Below are positions 1 through 11,837 of a stretch of DNA of 64,000 nucleotides, piece by piece (the stretch's first letter is position 1; each line of letters starts with the position of its first letter). Origin of the DNA: Camelus dromedarius. Lineage: Eukaryota. The translations under genes and the position numbers were made by a program. Below the pieces are notes generated by a model. It searched no databases. It had not been told where the DNA came from and saw only the letters and a program-made list of their open reading frames with translations. Location of the stretch: positions 112,408,001 through 112,472,000 of the forward strand of contig NC_087437.1 of NCBI RefSeq assembly GCF_036321535.1, in the 5' to 3' direction.

Positions 1-394
1 GCTCAGAAGTTAGCTGATCAAGAATATGTAGATGTATTTAGAACCTGTAAATGCTGTGTTTGTGCTGTAATAGTTATGTATTTCAAAAACTGAAATCTCT
101 TTAAAAAATTTCATCCGATGCTTTGATTTTTTTAAAAAAAGAATATTTAGAAGTATTTGTTTCTAGGGGGTTTATCGTTCATCAGTAACATCAAGGTAAA
201 ATACTGGAAACAGAATCTTAGGGTGTTATATCTGGTCTATAAAGACAGAGTGGTGCTTCTAGAAAGAGCTCTAGTCTCTTGTCTTTATCGGTGTCAGGTG
301 TTTAAGGTACACAGACATTATGCAAATTGTATGTTAAATTCCATACTGGAACCTCCATACAAATGCTGCAGGATTCTATTTGCAAGAAGCATCT

Positions 395-635
395 AAAATA
401 GTCACACTCACAGAAGCAGAGAATAGAATAGTGGTTACCAGGGCCAAGGGGAGGGAGAAACGGGGAGGTGCTTTCAAACGGTGTTAAGTTTCAGTTCTGC
501 AGGATGAGTAAGTTCAGAGATCTGCTGTACCACGTCGTGCCTGTAGTTAGTACTGTGTTTCGCACGTAAAAATGTGCTAAGAGGGTAGAACTCATGTTAC
601 ATGTTCTTACCACAAAAAGAAAAACAAAAACAAAA
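395..635 (+). mobile_element. Old LINE-1 3' end (L1MA-like)
   Basis: agaatagaatagtggttaccaggg...gagtaagttcagagatctgctgtac...catgttcttaccac followed by an A-rich tail. Confidence 0.75.
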
Positions 636-1720
636 ACCTTCCATGGTTAATATTGTCACAACGTACATAACAGCTCTCAACTCAGAGTTTTACTTGCATT
701 CGTAATCTCTCTCTCAGAGTGGAAATAGCAGCTGGGCCCTAGTATGTGAATTTACTACTAGCTGTTTCCTTCTGAGCTTTAATCTAAAACAATAAAGTCT
801 TTCGATTCACTTTCCTGGGAAAGTGTGAAAAATCTACATCAAAGGTCACTGAAGTTAACGTGTGAAAAATGAATCATGTTTCACTTATATTTTCGAGCTT
901 TCACAAGTGCACATGATCCATTACTGTTCCTCTTTGAATCAGCCAGCGCTAAGCTTACTGTATTTCAGTACCTTTCAGGCTTTCCAAGAGCCAGGCAGTA
1001 GGTTCTTGGTAACTGGGTAAAGTTACCAAGTAAAATCAGGGTAAAATACTGGAAACAGAATCTTAGGGTGTTACAGCTGGTCTATAAAGACAGAGTGGTG
1101 CTTCTAGAAGGAGCTCTAGTCACTTGGTTATGACTTTGGGCTTATGGCTAAGCCCAAAGCACAGGCAGGAGGGCCAGGGAGAGTCAGGCCGGGTGGGCCA
1201 TCACTTCGCATTGAAGACCTGCACTTTCTGACCCTCCCAGAGCCGCACTGCCACCACTGTGGGCCCAGATCCTCTGTACCGTGTGTGTTGTGTGAAGTAG
1301 AAACAACCGGTGGGCAGAGTGGGCTGCGAAAAATGCTTGTGAGCTTCCCCTCTTTGCCCCCATTGTTGGTGAATGAGAGGTCCCGTTTCCTCCTTCACCG
1401 AAAAGTTAGAATTCCAGAGACCTTTCAGGATGAATAATCCACCAGCGCGCATCCAGTGCAGCAAGTGAGAACTTGCTTTTCCTGAGTGATGCCCCTTCAC
1501 GCCTTCAGAGCGTTCCCCTGGTTGGTCCTTGGATCCGTGTGCACGTTACCGAGATGAGGGGTGAAGGGGATATTCAGGTGTTAGTGGTTTTTTCGTTGGT
1601 GGGCGGAACAGGAAGCTACCCCTGCATAAAATAGGATTGTGCCAACTAAAACTAAAGCAGAAAGGTCTGGTGTTTTGAACTGAGAAACTAATCATGATGG
1701 TGGTTTTCAATCTTCTCAAG

Positions 1721-1939
1721 TATTTAAAGGACCCGGATCAGCCCATCTTAGACGCCTTGGACAACGACAGCTCGCCAAAGGATGATGCCTGGGATTCTGT
1801 GTCCATCGTTTTGTCCCCAGAGAATGAGGGAGAAGATGTTCTCCAAAGCACTGTGAACCAAAGCGCAGGTCCGAGCCAGCAGCCCGTGGAAGGAGGACTC
1901 CAAGCCAGTGAACCCACTGATGTTACCGTCAGGACTTGA
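1721..1939 (+). CDS. IFNGR2: Interferon gamma receptor 2, last coding exon (cytoplasmic tail)
   Basis: Acceptor tcttctcaag|TAT at 1720/1721. Translation YLKDPDQPILDALDNDSSPKDDAWDSVSIV matches the IFNGR2 intracellular tail as I recall it (human YLKDPTQPILEALDKDSSPKDDVWDSVSII). Stop TGA 1937-1939. Lies next to TMEM50B, as in human. Confidence 0.93.
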   Translation, partial: YLKDPDQPILDALDNDSSPKDDAWDSVSIVLSPENEGEDVLQSTVNQSAGPSQQPVEGGLQASEPTDVTVRT

Positions 1940-2388
1940 GGGAGCTCAGGACTCCATACTCCTGTCACCAAGAAACCCGTGGGTGCCTGGGGAGAGGTCG
2001 TGGCTCTCATGGGAGAGACAGACTGATTTTTTTTCTTTAAACAAAGAATTTTCTAAATCATACTCATTTCTAGAATGATTCTACATACCAAAACAATCAA
2101 GATTTCTTTTAAACACTAAAAAGACACAGAACTATTGGTTAGCAACATGGCCGTGGCCCCACGCTGATATTTTGTGCATTGTTGGCTGGGCCAGGCAGTC
2201 AGGAGACGGGGTCTTCTCCTTGATTCTGGCAAGGAGTTTCAGCCCCTCGGGCAGGTCACGTAACCTGCCCTGGCCTGTCCCAACAAGGGGCACTGAGCGG
2301 CCCTTCACATCCAGTCTCCTGGCTTAAAATGTGCTTAATCTTGTAAATAGTTTCCTAGTAATTTAAGTATTTTTTTTTTCAAGCTAGA

Positions 2389-2394
2389 AATAAA
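2389..2394 (+). terminator. IFNGR2: Probable IFNGR2 polyadenylation signal
   Basis: AATAAA ~450 nt after the stop, followed by T/GT-rich sequence. Confidence 0.7.
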
Positions 2395-2750
2395 AGACTG
2401 CATAATTTGCTTTTTAAAAGCCTACGTGAAGTTTTTCCTCTTCACCTTCTTTATTTGGGCGTATCTTCGGCGAAGTTTCAACTTCTAAAAATTAGTGTAG
2501 CTAAACTTTTGTTTTCTTAAGTAACACCCAGTAGAGCTACTGAGGCCTCGTGATCACGTGACAAGAACTTTCGACCTGTGTCACCTGATCCCTTAATCCC
2601 CTGAAAGGTTGTGAAGGGGATTTTCAGCACTGCGTAAGCACTTCATTTGTACGTGATGTGTCACTTGTATTGCGCAAGGCTTGTAAAGAGAATTAGCTAC
2701 TGGACAGCAGTAATACCTACTGGGCCTGCAAGTCTTCTGAGGGTGCAAGT

Positions 2751-3873
2751 TTTTTTTTTTTTTTAATTGAGTTTTAGTCAGTTTACAATGTTGTGTCCAT
2801 TTGTGGTGTATAGCAGTTTTTCAGTCATACATGAATATACATATATTTGTTTTCATATTCTTTTTCATTGTGAGCTACTACAAGATCTTGTATATATTTC
2901 CCTGTGCTATACAGTATAAACTTGTTTATCTATTTTATATATACCTGTCAGTATCTATAAATCTTGAACTTCCAGTCTGTCCCTTCCCGCCCCGCTCCAT
3001 GCTAGCAACCACAGGTTTGTATTCTATGTCTGTGAGTCTGTTTCTGGTTTATATTTAAGTTCATTTGCCTTTTTTTTTTTTTTTTTAGATTCCACATATG
3101 AGTGGTATCATAAGGTATTTTTCTTTCTCTTTCTGCCTAACTTCACTTTCTCCAGGGACATCCATGTTGCTGCAAATGGCATTATGTTGTCATTTTTATG
3201 GCCGAATAGTATTCCATTGTATAAATATACTACAACTTCTTTATCCAGTTATCTGTTAATGGACATTTAGGTTGTTTCCATGTCTTGGCTATTCTAAGTA
3301 GTGCTGCTGTGAACATTGGGGTGCAGGTGTCTTTTTGAATTAGGGTTCCTTCTGGATATATGCCCAGGAGTGGAATTGCTGGATCATATGGTAAGTCTAT
3401 TCCTAGTCTTTTGAGGAATCTCCATACTGTTTTCCACAGTGGCTGCACCAAACTGCATTCCCACCAGCAGTGTAGGAGGGTTCCCTTTTCTCCACTCTCC
3501 CCAGCACTTATCATCTGTGGACTTTTGAATGATGGCCATTCTGACTGGTGTGAGGTGATACCTCATTGTAGTTTTGATTTGCATTTCTCTGATGATAATT
3601 AGTGATACTGAGCATTTTTTCATGTGCCTATTGGACATTTATATGTCTTCATTGGAGAATCGTTTGCTTAGATCTTCTGCCCATTTTTTGAGTGGGTTGT
3701 TTATTTTTTTTCCTATTAAGTTGTATGAGCTGTTTATATATTCTGGAGATCAAGCCTTTGTCAGTTTCATCTTTTGCAAAAATGTTCTCTCATTCCATAG
3801 GCTGTCATTTTGTTTGGTTTATGGTTTCCTTTGCTGTGCAGAAGCTTGTAAGTTTCATTAGGTCCCATTTGTT
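2751..3873 (-). mobile_element. 5'-truncated LINE-1 (ORF2 C-terminal remnant + 3' UTR)
   Basis: Poly-T at 2751. ORFs 3230-3514 and 3384-3638 give L1 ORF2 motifs ([43 protein letters not shown]). TSD tga(g/t)ggtgcaagt at 2738-2750 and 3874-3886. Confidence 0.93.
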
Positions 3874-5068
3874 TGATGGTGCAAGTATAGATGGGCTCTT
3901 TTGTTCAGAGGCTATGGGTTAAAAACCCATTTACACGACTCATAAGATTTAGGAAATGGACACGTAACTTCACTCCTCCTCTCGACACACACACACACAC
4001 AAAGTGACACTGCCATAAGGTCTGCTTTAGAAAGAAGCACCTCCTGGCAGCCTAACTTTGACAGTGGGAAGAGGAGACGCTGACGGCAGGTACACGAAGC
4101 TTCTAGCACTAGTTGATGGAATCACCTTCTCTTGGCTGGGGCCCTGTGCCTCTGGTGAGGGATTAGCTCTTGGGCTGAATTTGTAACCCATCATTGTGTA
4201 CGCTGCCATCCAGGGTGATAAGAGGAAAGGACGCCTACTCGCAGCCCCCACCCACCTCAGGCAAGTCCTCATGTGAGACATCTTCTTTATCAATTAGGTG
4301 CACCTTGAGTTGGGACAGCTTTGAGAGAGTTAGTAGATGGAAATTGGAAAGACGTCCCTCAGATCATTTAGGAAACTTGAGATAGAAGAGCTTTCTCTGT
4401 CGGGCCATGCGATGCTGCCCAGTGGGGAGAGGAGGACATGTACATGGCAGAAAAAACTGGTTCAGAGTCCAGGCCCAGCAGAAAGCGGGACAGATAATCA
4501 AGAAGTAAGCTCTTCTGTGCCACCCTCCATTAAAGGTATCCCAGCTAGTAAGGGGCAAGCAGGCTGGCCATGGGGACCAGATTCCGATAAGGCTGAACTG
4601 GGTTTGGGGCAGAATCCGTCCATTGTCCTGGGGCAGGTGGTCACTGTGGTTCAGGCCCAGAAAGCCCTTCTTGGTTAAAGGCAATGGCTTAAGTGAGTGG
4701 CAGACTCAGAGTCCAAGCCCAGGGCCAGCGCTGTTTCCAGGTTCCTCTCGGGCCAGGCTCTTCAAGGTTATTGCCTTATGGGGAGGGTTTCCAGTGACAC
4801 CCGACTGGCTTCACCCAACGGAGTCCGACCACGCTGCCCCTCTGGGCACCATCCTACTTCAGTAAACATCCAGAGGTGGCATGGGGCTGGCCTGTCATCT
4901 GGGGTAAAGGACAGGAATTATTTGAGTAAGATAGTCCTTTTTTATAGTATTCTACTTTGTCAAATAAATGACTAACAGATGGGATTAATAACTTCGGACT
5001 TTAATTTCTAGTCAAGCCAAGTACATGATCATAAAATGTTTGAGCTGGAAACAGTCTTGTAAATTATA

Positions 5069-5390
5069 ACAGGGCGAACTGCAACTCACACGCCAAATCC
5101 AGCCTGCTGGCTGTTTTTGTACAGCCTGTAAGCTAGAAACGGTTTTTACAGCTTTAAATGGTTGGAAAAAAATCAAAAGAAGAATAACATTTCAGCACAC
5201 ATGAAAAGTATATGCAATTTAAATTTGAGGGCCCATAAATAAACTTTTATTGAGACCCAGTGACATTCATTTATGTACTAAGGCGTTTTGTGCTGTAAGG
5301 CAGAAATGAGTTTGTAAGAGACTGTTTGCCCCCAAAGCCTAAAATATCTACTATCTGGCCCCTTACAGAAAGAATTTGGTGACTCCTGAT
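5069..5390. mobile_element. hAT-Charlie MITE (MER58B-like)
   Basis: caggg...gccaaatccagcctgc...tgtttttgtacagcc...tactatctggccccttacagaaa...gactcctg. Confidence 0.7.
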
Positions 5391-5810
5391 CTATGCAATA
5401 TGTTCATTGTACAGGAGAAAAAAGAATTTCCATAACATTGTATAGGAGAAAACAGACCCCCTCCCACTATTTAGGTTTATTTGGTTACAGAAGTTTATTA
5501 AAAGACCCCATTTGATATTGAGACTGTCTAATTCGAGAGTCATATATTACACGGGAGGAGGAGTGTTTTAATTCTTGCATGTATTCTATAAAGCACGTTA
5601 TGGACGAGGACTAGGGAAGGCTAGATACGGAGCTTTGTAGTATGCTGGTCAATGGAGGAAAGTGGGTCCTGGGTGAAGAATAGGTCGCCCTGAGATGATG
5701 GATTATCTGGATCAAAGCCACTGCTGGCCCATAAGGTACTGCTGTGTGAATTAGATGAAGACGTCCGTCTTTCAAGACATTTTGCTTTGTACTATGAATT
5801 TTCTTTTTAA

Positions 5811-5988
5811 AATTATTATATTTTTTAAATTGAAGTATAGTTGATTTACAATGCTGTGTTAGTCTCTGGTTTACAGTATGGTGATTCAATTATACATATT
5901 TTTTTCATATTCTTTTTCATTATGGGTTACTACAAGACGGTGAATATAGTTCCCTGTGCTATACAGTAGGACCTTATTGTTTACCACC
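5811..5988 (-). mobile_element. Short LINE-1 3' fragment
   Basis: ttgaagtatagttgatttacaat...ccctgtgctatacagtagg; exact TSD aattttctttttaa at 5797-5810 and 5989-6002. Confidence 0.85.
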
Positions 5989-7498
5989 AATTTTCTTTTT
6001 AAGTGAACGCACGATCTCCTGCGCCCGCACTGTGAATAGCGCCCCCTGGGGGCTCCGCAGTGCTCAGCCGTGCAGTTGCAGGCGGGACCTCAGTGCCCTG
6101 GGAGAGGAAGCGGCTGGGCGAGCCCCTCTTGTTCCCGATGAGGCCAAGGCCAACAGGGTGAGGAGCTGATGGGCGTGGGGGTGGGGAAGGGAGGTCCCCA
6201 GGCAGGCGATGGAGGCGGGGTAGGGGCAGAGAAAGGAAGCTGTCCTCCGTGTCTGTTGGGCGCCGGCTGATGTATCGTAACTGGAGAAATGTCTGCTGCC
6301 ATCTCACCCTGAAATCGCCAGCGTGGAGAACAGCTCAGGTCCTAGCCCATGCTTGGGGCATCTGCCTTTGTGACTTTTATTTCATTTACCATCACTTATT
6401 TCTGTCTATAGTGTTTTTAAAAAGCCTGCATAGTCACTAGGTATGCTGCTTTCTGCTGCTAGAAAACAGCCGCTCATCTCTCAGGTGCCCCAGAGCCCCC
6501 CAAAATGAATCTGCTGTATGTCAGAAAGCCCGTGTTTTAGATGAGAACATCCGAAACCGTCCTTACTGTTTGGTGAGCGAGGCATCTTCATGTGGTGCAG
6601 TCAGACCTCCTGCTCTTCACGGAGCCCCTTGGCTCTCTGATGGGAATATAGGAAAAGTGACTTCCTCCTCCTTGCCTTCAGCTTGTGATGAGGGAAGGTG
6701 GCCAGCTGCATCGTGAGGGCGCGGAAACTGGTCAGAGTGGGTACTTGGAGCAGCACTTGGCTCCGGGGAGGGCTCGGGTCAGTACATTCGTCAGCACTCT
6801 AGGAAGACGGAGGACGATGCCGGCCTAAAATTTCATCCTAGTGCAGAAATACAGGCAGGAGGGGCTTCTCTGGGACCCCCAATTATTGAAAACAGGGGAG
6901 AGGCAGACCCCAGGGTTTCTTTACATACATACTCCTAGTTAAAACATAATCACTTGCAAAGGATATTAGCTACTTTTTCCTTGTAATTAAATAGTGATGT
7001 GTATAACAATTTATAATGAATATGAGTATAAATTGGACTTGTTTCATTTTTGCATTCAGGTGAATAGAACTATTTGATATCACCTCTGTGGATAATAAGT
7101 ATACCTTTTGTAGTTGAGAGCGTAAGAGAAGACCTAAGCCCTCCAAGAGCCGATGAGCCCAGACAGACCCCAAGGTCCTTGCGAATGGGCAGGCTAAGGG
7201 CTTGGCATAAAATTCAGTTAATCAATTCAACCAATTTTTTTTCATTAGTTCCTTTCTGCTGTGAACCTTAGTATGACTGTGTGTACCTGCAAGTATTCCC
7301 CTGAACAATTCTCAAGTACCCAGCCCTAGGCTACAACTAAAAGGTGTACATAGCACCAACAGTCAGGGCCATGCATTCATTTGCATAAGTTGTGCACTGC
7401 ACAAACCCAGGAGTGCCCTTTACACACACAGAATACAAATGTATTTGATTCCTTTGAGACAGAATTTCTTCATGAACGACTGTCAAAATTAATGGTGA

Positions 7499-7577
7499 CA
7501 GCGGAGGGTATAGCTCAGTGAGGAGAGCATGCTTAGTATGCACGAAGTCCTGAGTTCGATCCCCAGTACTTCTGTTA

Positions 7578-7634
<57 letters not shown>

Positions 7635-7667
7635 TTTTAAAAACTATCTCTCCCCAAAAAACAAACA
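7499..7667 (+). mobile_element. tRNA-derived SINE (vic-1-like) with internal (TA)n
   Basis: A-box tagctcagtg, B-box gagttcgatccc; TSD aaaattaatggtga at 7485-7498 and 7668-7681. Confidence 0.88.
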
Positions 7668-9802
7668 AAAATTAATGGTGAGGTTTCCGTGCTAACTTGC
7701 AAAATCAGATTTAAAACTTATACACCAAAAAGCCACTAGTAGACTTTAAGACAGTAATGTGAATGACTTTTTTCTACTATTTTCCAGCCATTTTCTAGAG
7801 AATATTCCTTTTTATAATGAAATAATATCACAAATTTTATACAAAAGGAAAGCTCAGTGCTCTGGCCCAAGAGACACTGGGCTGGAAGGGAATGAAAACA
7901 GGCAGATTTCAGGATGAGGTTAATTCCTCCCCCTCCCCTGGCATCTGGGTTTTTCTTCAACCAGACGAGAAGCATTTATGACTGTAAGGTAAAGATTACA
8001 ATTTGTCACACACCTGTCATATCACAGGGCCACTTTAGTGCAAGTCCACAGAATGCTGTTAGTAAGAAAATACAAAGAATTTGTTCTATTTGATTTATTA
8101 ATCAGTCTCTCTTCTGCAAGGTACTTTAATAATTACAGAGAAAAACAGCTACTTTACAGTGGATTCTGGAACAGAAAAAAAATATATTTTTCTTTACTAT
8201 AGAAAGCACATTAGTGGGCCACCTGGCAAAATTTGAATAAAGTGTTTAGTACCACATCAACATTAACTTCCTAATTTTGGTACTGTACACCAGTTGTGAC
8301 TCGGGGAAATATACACAAAAGTATCCAAGGGTAAAGAGGCATCTTGTCTGCAGCATGTGGTCAAATGCCTCAGAAAAAATAGACCAAAGCAAGTGTGGTA
8401 AAGTGTTAACATATGGGGAATCTAAAAGTTATACAGGAATTCTCTGAGCTACTTTTTGTAACTTTCCTGTATGTCTGAAGTTATTTCAAAATAAAATATT
8501 AATCTGTAAATTCACAACCTGCACACCAGGAGGTAAATACACTTAGCATCATACCGAATCCCTTTTTGGCACCTGGAGAGGGTGCTCCCAAATCAAAGAT
8601 CCGGTGATGTATGCGCTGGCATGATCCATGGTGGTCTAGAAAGCTTGTCCTGCCACACTTGCAGAAATTTAAAATATCCTATTTACTGCAGCTTAAAAAA
8701 TTGAAGATGCATATATTATCATCTAAAAACCCGTTTAAAATGACTTAAGCTGTCTTAAGTCGGCTACAAAAAATAAGCACTGGCAGGCTCCAAACCAACT
8801 CCAGACTTCTTTTTAAAGGCAGCACGCCACCTTGTGACAAAAGGCTAAAAAGCCATCAGATGAGGAAGGGAAATACCCCTTCAGCCAAAAAGTCACCAAG
8901 GAAAGAAGGGCTCAGATTTATTGATCACTTATTGTTTCCAGGTACCATTAGGCACTTCTTCATGTTAATTCTCAAACCACACTTACACACAAACAGCCTC
9001 AGGGTTTCATAGCTAGTAAGTGGCAGTGGCAGAATTCAGGAATAGGAAGCCAATCGCCAATCTAAACGTAAATTCATCTTCCCCCAAGAATACCAACTCC
9101 AAAACCAGAAATCTCCAATAACAAAGCTACTGGAAATCCTCTTCCTCCTCCCTCCAGCCTCAGCATTTCTATTGTCCATGTCAGGCTGGCCACTGGCTTT
9201 TCCTAAGGCCACAACATCCACACCTAAGTTTCCCTCTCCTTTGGCTAATTCTCTGCCTTCTATCTATTTTTCTGAAGTCAACAGAGCAGCAGTTTCCCCA
9301 AATTTTATTTCTCAAAGTGTTCCCAGAAATAAATTTCCAAGACTCAAGTATGGAAAACACCACAGAATTAACACTTCCTAAAACCATACAAGACACATTT
9401 TATACAAAGCTCTAAGAAAACACTTCACAGGAAACAAAAAAAAAAGTTTTAACTTAGTTAGTTCAGCCCAGGGTGTCCCACGCTTCTGTGACCAGGGCAC
9501 ACTTTTTCCTAAAGGAACACCCATGTGCTAGGGCGGCTAGGGAAGGATGGCTAAAGTTCCTACGTCCAGTAGTGAGAGCGAAATCAGATAGTACACAGGA
9601 CACGGAAACTTCTCAATACACGTTAGCTACCAGTGCTGAACAGAAAATGACACGGAAAACCGCGCCCAGCAACGCGACGATTCAGCTGGCCGCAGAGTAC
9701 TGAACAAGGAAAGCAACACGGCGGGCCGTGACAGGAATGCTGATGAAAAAATGACTCTGTGCCAAAGGAAGACACGGCCAATCCGAGTTCTTTATAAACT
9801 GT

Positions 9803-10350
9803 AGTTGAACTTCGTTGTCTGCAAGTTCATTTACTTGCTAAAATACTTGTTACTCCCAAAATCAACCCATACAGCACTTCCTGGTCATCTGTGGACGTGC
9901 CAGAAGGGAAGCTGGAGACGCCTGACACAGATTCCTAGCTGAGGTGGGACAAAGCTCCGCCCAATGATTTCAGCTCTCAAGCTGTAAGGTGTCCTTTTCC
10001 TGGCCTATTTTGTGCCACTTTTTTTCACATTTTTGTGTCTTGTCACTGATTTCACTGTGTAAAATGGCCAAGGCTGGGGATGGGCCTTATGGAAAAAAAT
10101 GCATGAGTTAGAAGCTTCCTTCAGGCATAAGTTATAGGGCGGCTCTGAGCTCAAGTTAATGAATCAACTATATTAAATGAGGTGTTTTTAAACAGAAACA
10201 CACATGAAGCGACCTTATGTATTGATGGCTGAGGAAAACATTGTGGCCGAAGGCTCACCTAACCCAGCGTGTCCCCCAGGAGCAATGATTCAGAATTCGC
10301 TAATTCAGGGTGGGGAGGCTCCAAAGAACCTACCTATTGCGAACAACGGG
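9803..10350. mobile_element. TcMar-Tigger element (MER82-like)
   Basis: agttgaac...tacttgctaaaata...ccccaaaatcaa...aaacagaaacacacat...tatgtattgat pattern typical of MER82. Confidence 0.55.
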
Positions 10351-11831
10351 AATTGATTGTATTCGGAAAGCTCAAAAGCCTAAGGTATCAGGGCAGGGAA
10401 CAGAAGAGGTGGGGAAAACATCTGGGGCTTGGTCATGATGCAGCTGAGGGGAGAGGAGGGTAAGAAAAGTGATACTGTCTTTAGATATCGAAGAACCAGG
10501 CTGTAAATATAAACTTTGTTTTTAATAAAATGCAAATATAATAAAGACTATTTTTAGGGAAATGGGGGTGGGTTGTGAAAACAAAATTTGTGCCACAATT
10601 CCCTCAAGGTAAAGAACTCCTCCAGGATTAAGTGAGCATGTTGATTTTCCTCAGTAATTCTTCGGAAAAGCACTGAGCCTATCAATCACTTTAGGCTATT
10701 CCTTTGTTTTCAGTCAAAGAAATAAGAAAAATGATCAGCAAAGGGACCAAAGTAATAATTTCTACTTCAAGTAGTTCCTACTTCAGTCCTTCCAGTCTGA
10801 ACAGATGATACCGTGAAGAGACTGCTCTGAAATAACAGCACAGGCTGTTAAAAACAAAATGTGTCTAATTGTTTAGAGCAGAATAAAATTAGCATTAGAT
10901 GTTTCTCTCTCAGGATTTAACAGGTTGTTATTTGAGATTTAAAATGTCAAACACTAGCCTCAAGCTTTTATAAACTTTAAACAGAATCAAAATGAGAGTG
11001 TGATGACAGGAGAGTACAGGAAAAAACTTGGATAAATCTCTAAGATCGGCAGAGATTATCAGATATGGGGTAATTAAGTATAAAATGGAGCAATGGGGGG
11101 GGGGTCCCGAGTTGACATTATGATTGAAAACCATCCCATTGTAGAAAAATGTAGAGAACCTGAGCTCAAGCATCTCTGTCAAACACTCCTGGGCTCTTGC
11201 TCAAGAAGCAAATGTGACATGGCATTGATCGGAGTCTTAAATCCTGCTACTTCATTAGGTTGATACATGTCAAAAATGTATATAATGGAAAAACCTAGCC
11301 TCTGAGGCAATAACACAAAGTATACAATGAGGATCTTAGAAACAGTGTAATCAATAAAACAATGCTCTGGTTAGTACTCGTCTACACAATGAACACCAAA
11401 AGATACTCAGATTCAACAGCCCTGAGTCTGTGTAATAGGGAAACCTTTATATTATGGGAATCACATTCATTTTTAAATGATTATGAGGGACTCAGATATT
11501 CTAACTCACAAAGTCTGTTAAGAGTGGATACTAAAATTGTCTCCTTTTTTCCTAAAAATGAGGAAACAGGGAAATTAAGGGATTTGCTCACAGTTAAAAA
11601 ACAAATTTGTGGCAGAGTCAAGAGTAGAAAAACCAGCCACTATCTGTAGTCAGCCTTCTGGAGGCCCTTCCTAGCCTTCCCGTTAGTATTTTACAAACCT
11701 GAGTATAATTCTCCTTATTTAATAAAGTTGACCAGGTCGACTTGAAGAACTGAAAAATGAACAGCAAACCAAATTTTATGGTTCATTTTCTCCAACAGAT
11801 TTAACAATATTAGAACGTTTGAGAAGTAGTA

Positions 11832-11837
11832 TTTATT
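11832..11837 (-). terminator. TMEM50B: Candidate TMEM50B polyadenylation signal (~1.4 kb 3' UTR)
   Basis: TTTATT on + (AATAAA on -), with a GT/T-rich tract downstream on the minus strand (~11755-11775). Confidence 0.5.

Noticed and set aside
1694..1720. ATG start of the 81-aa ORF
   Set aside because: Intronic; IFNGR2 similarity begins at the acceptor at 1721.
3230..3922. ORFs with protein-like motifs
   Set aside because: Frameshifted LINE-1 ORF2 remnants and their antisense frames, not host genes.
7499..7575. tRNA-like sequence with A/B boxes (also the other nine copies)
   Set aside because: A-rich tails, TSDs and divergence mark them as SINEs, not tRNA genes.
8742..8761. gacttaag-ctgt-cttaagtc hairpin
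   Set aside because: An 8-bp stem is expected by chance in 64 kb and has no supporting context.
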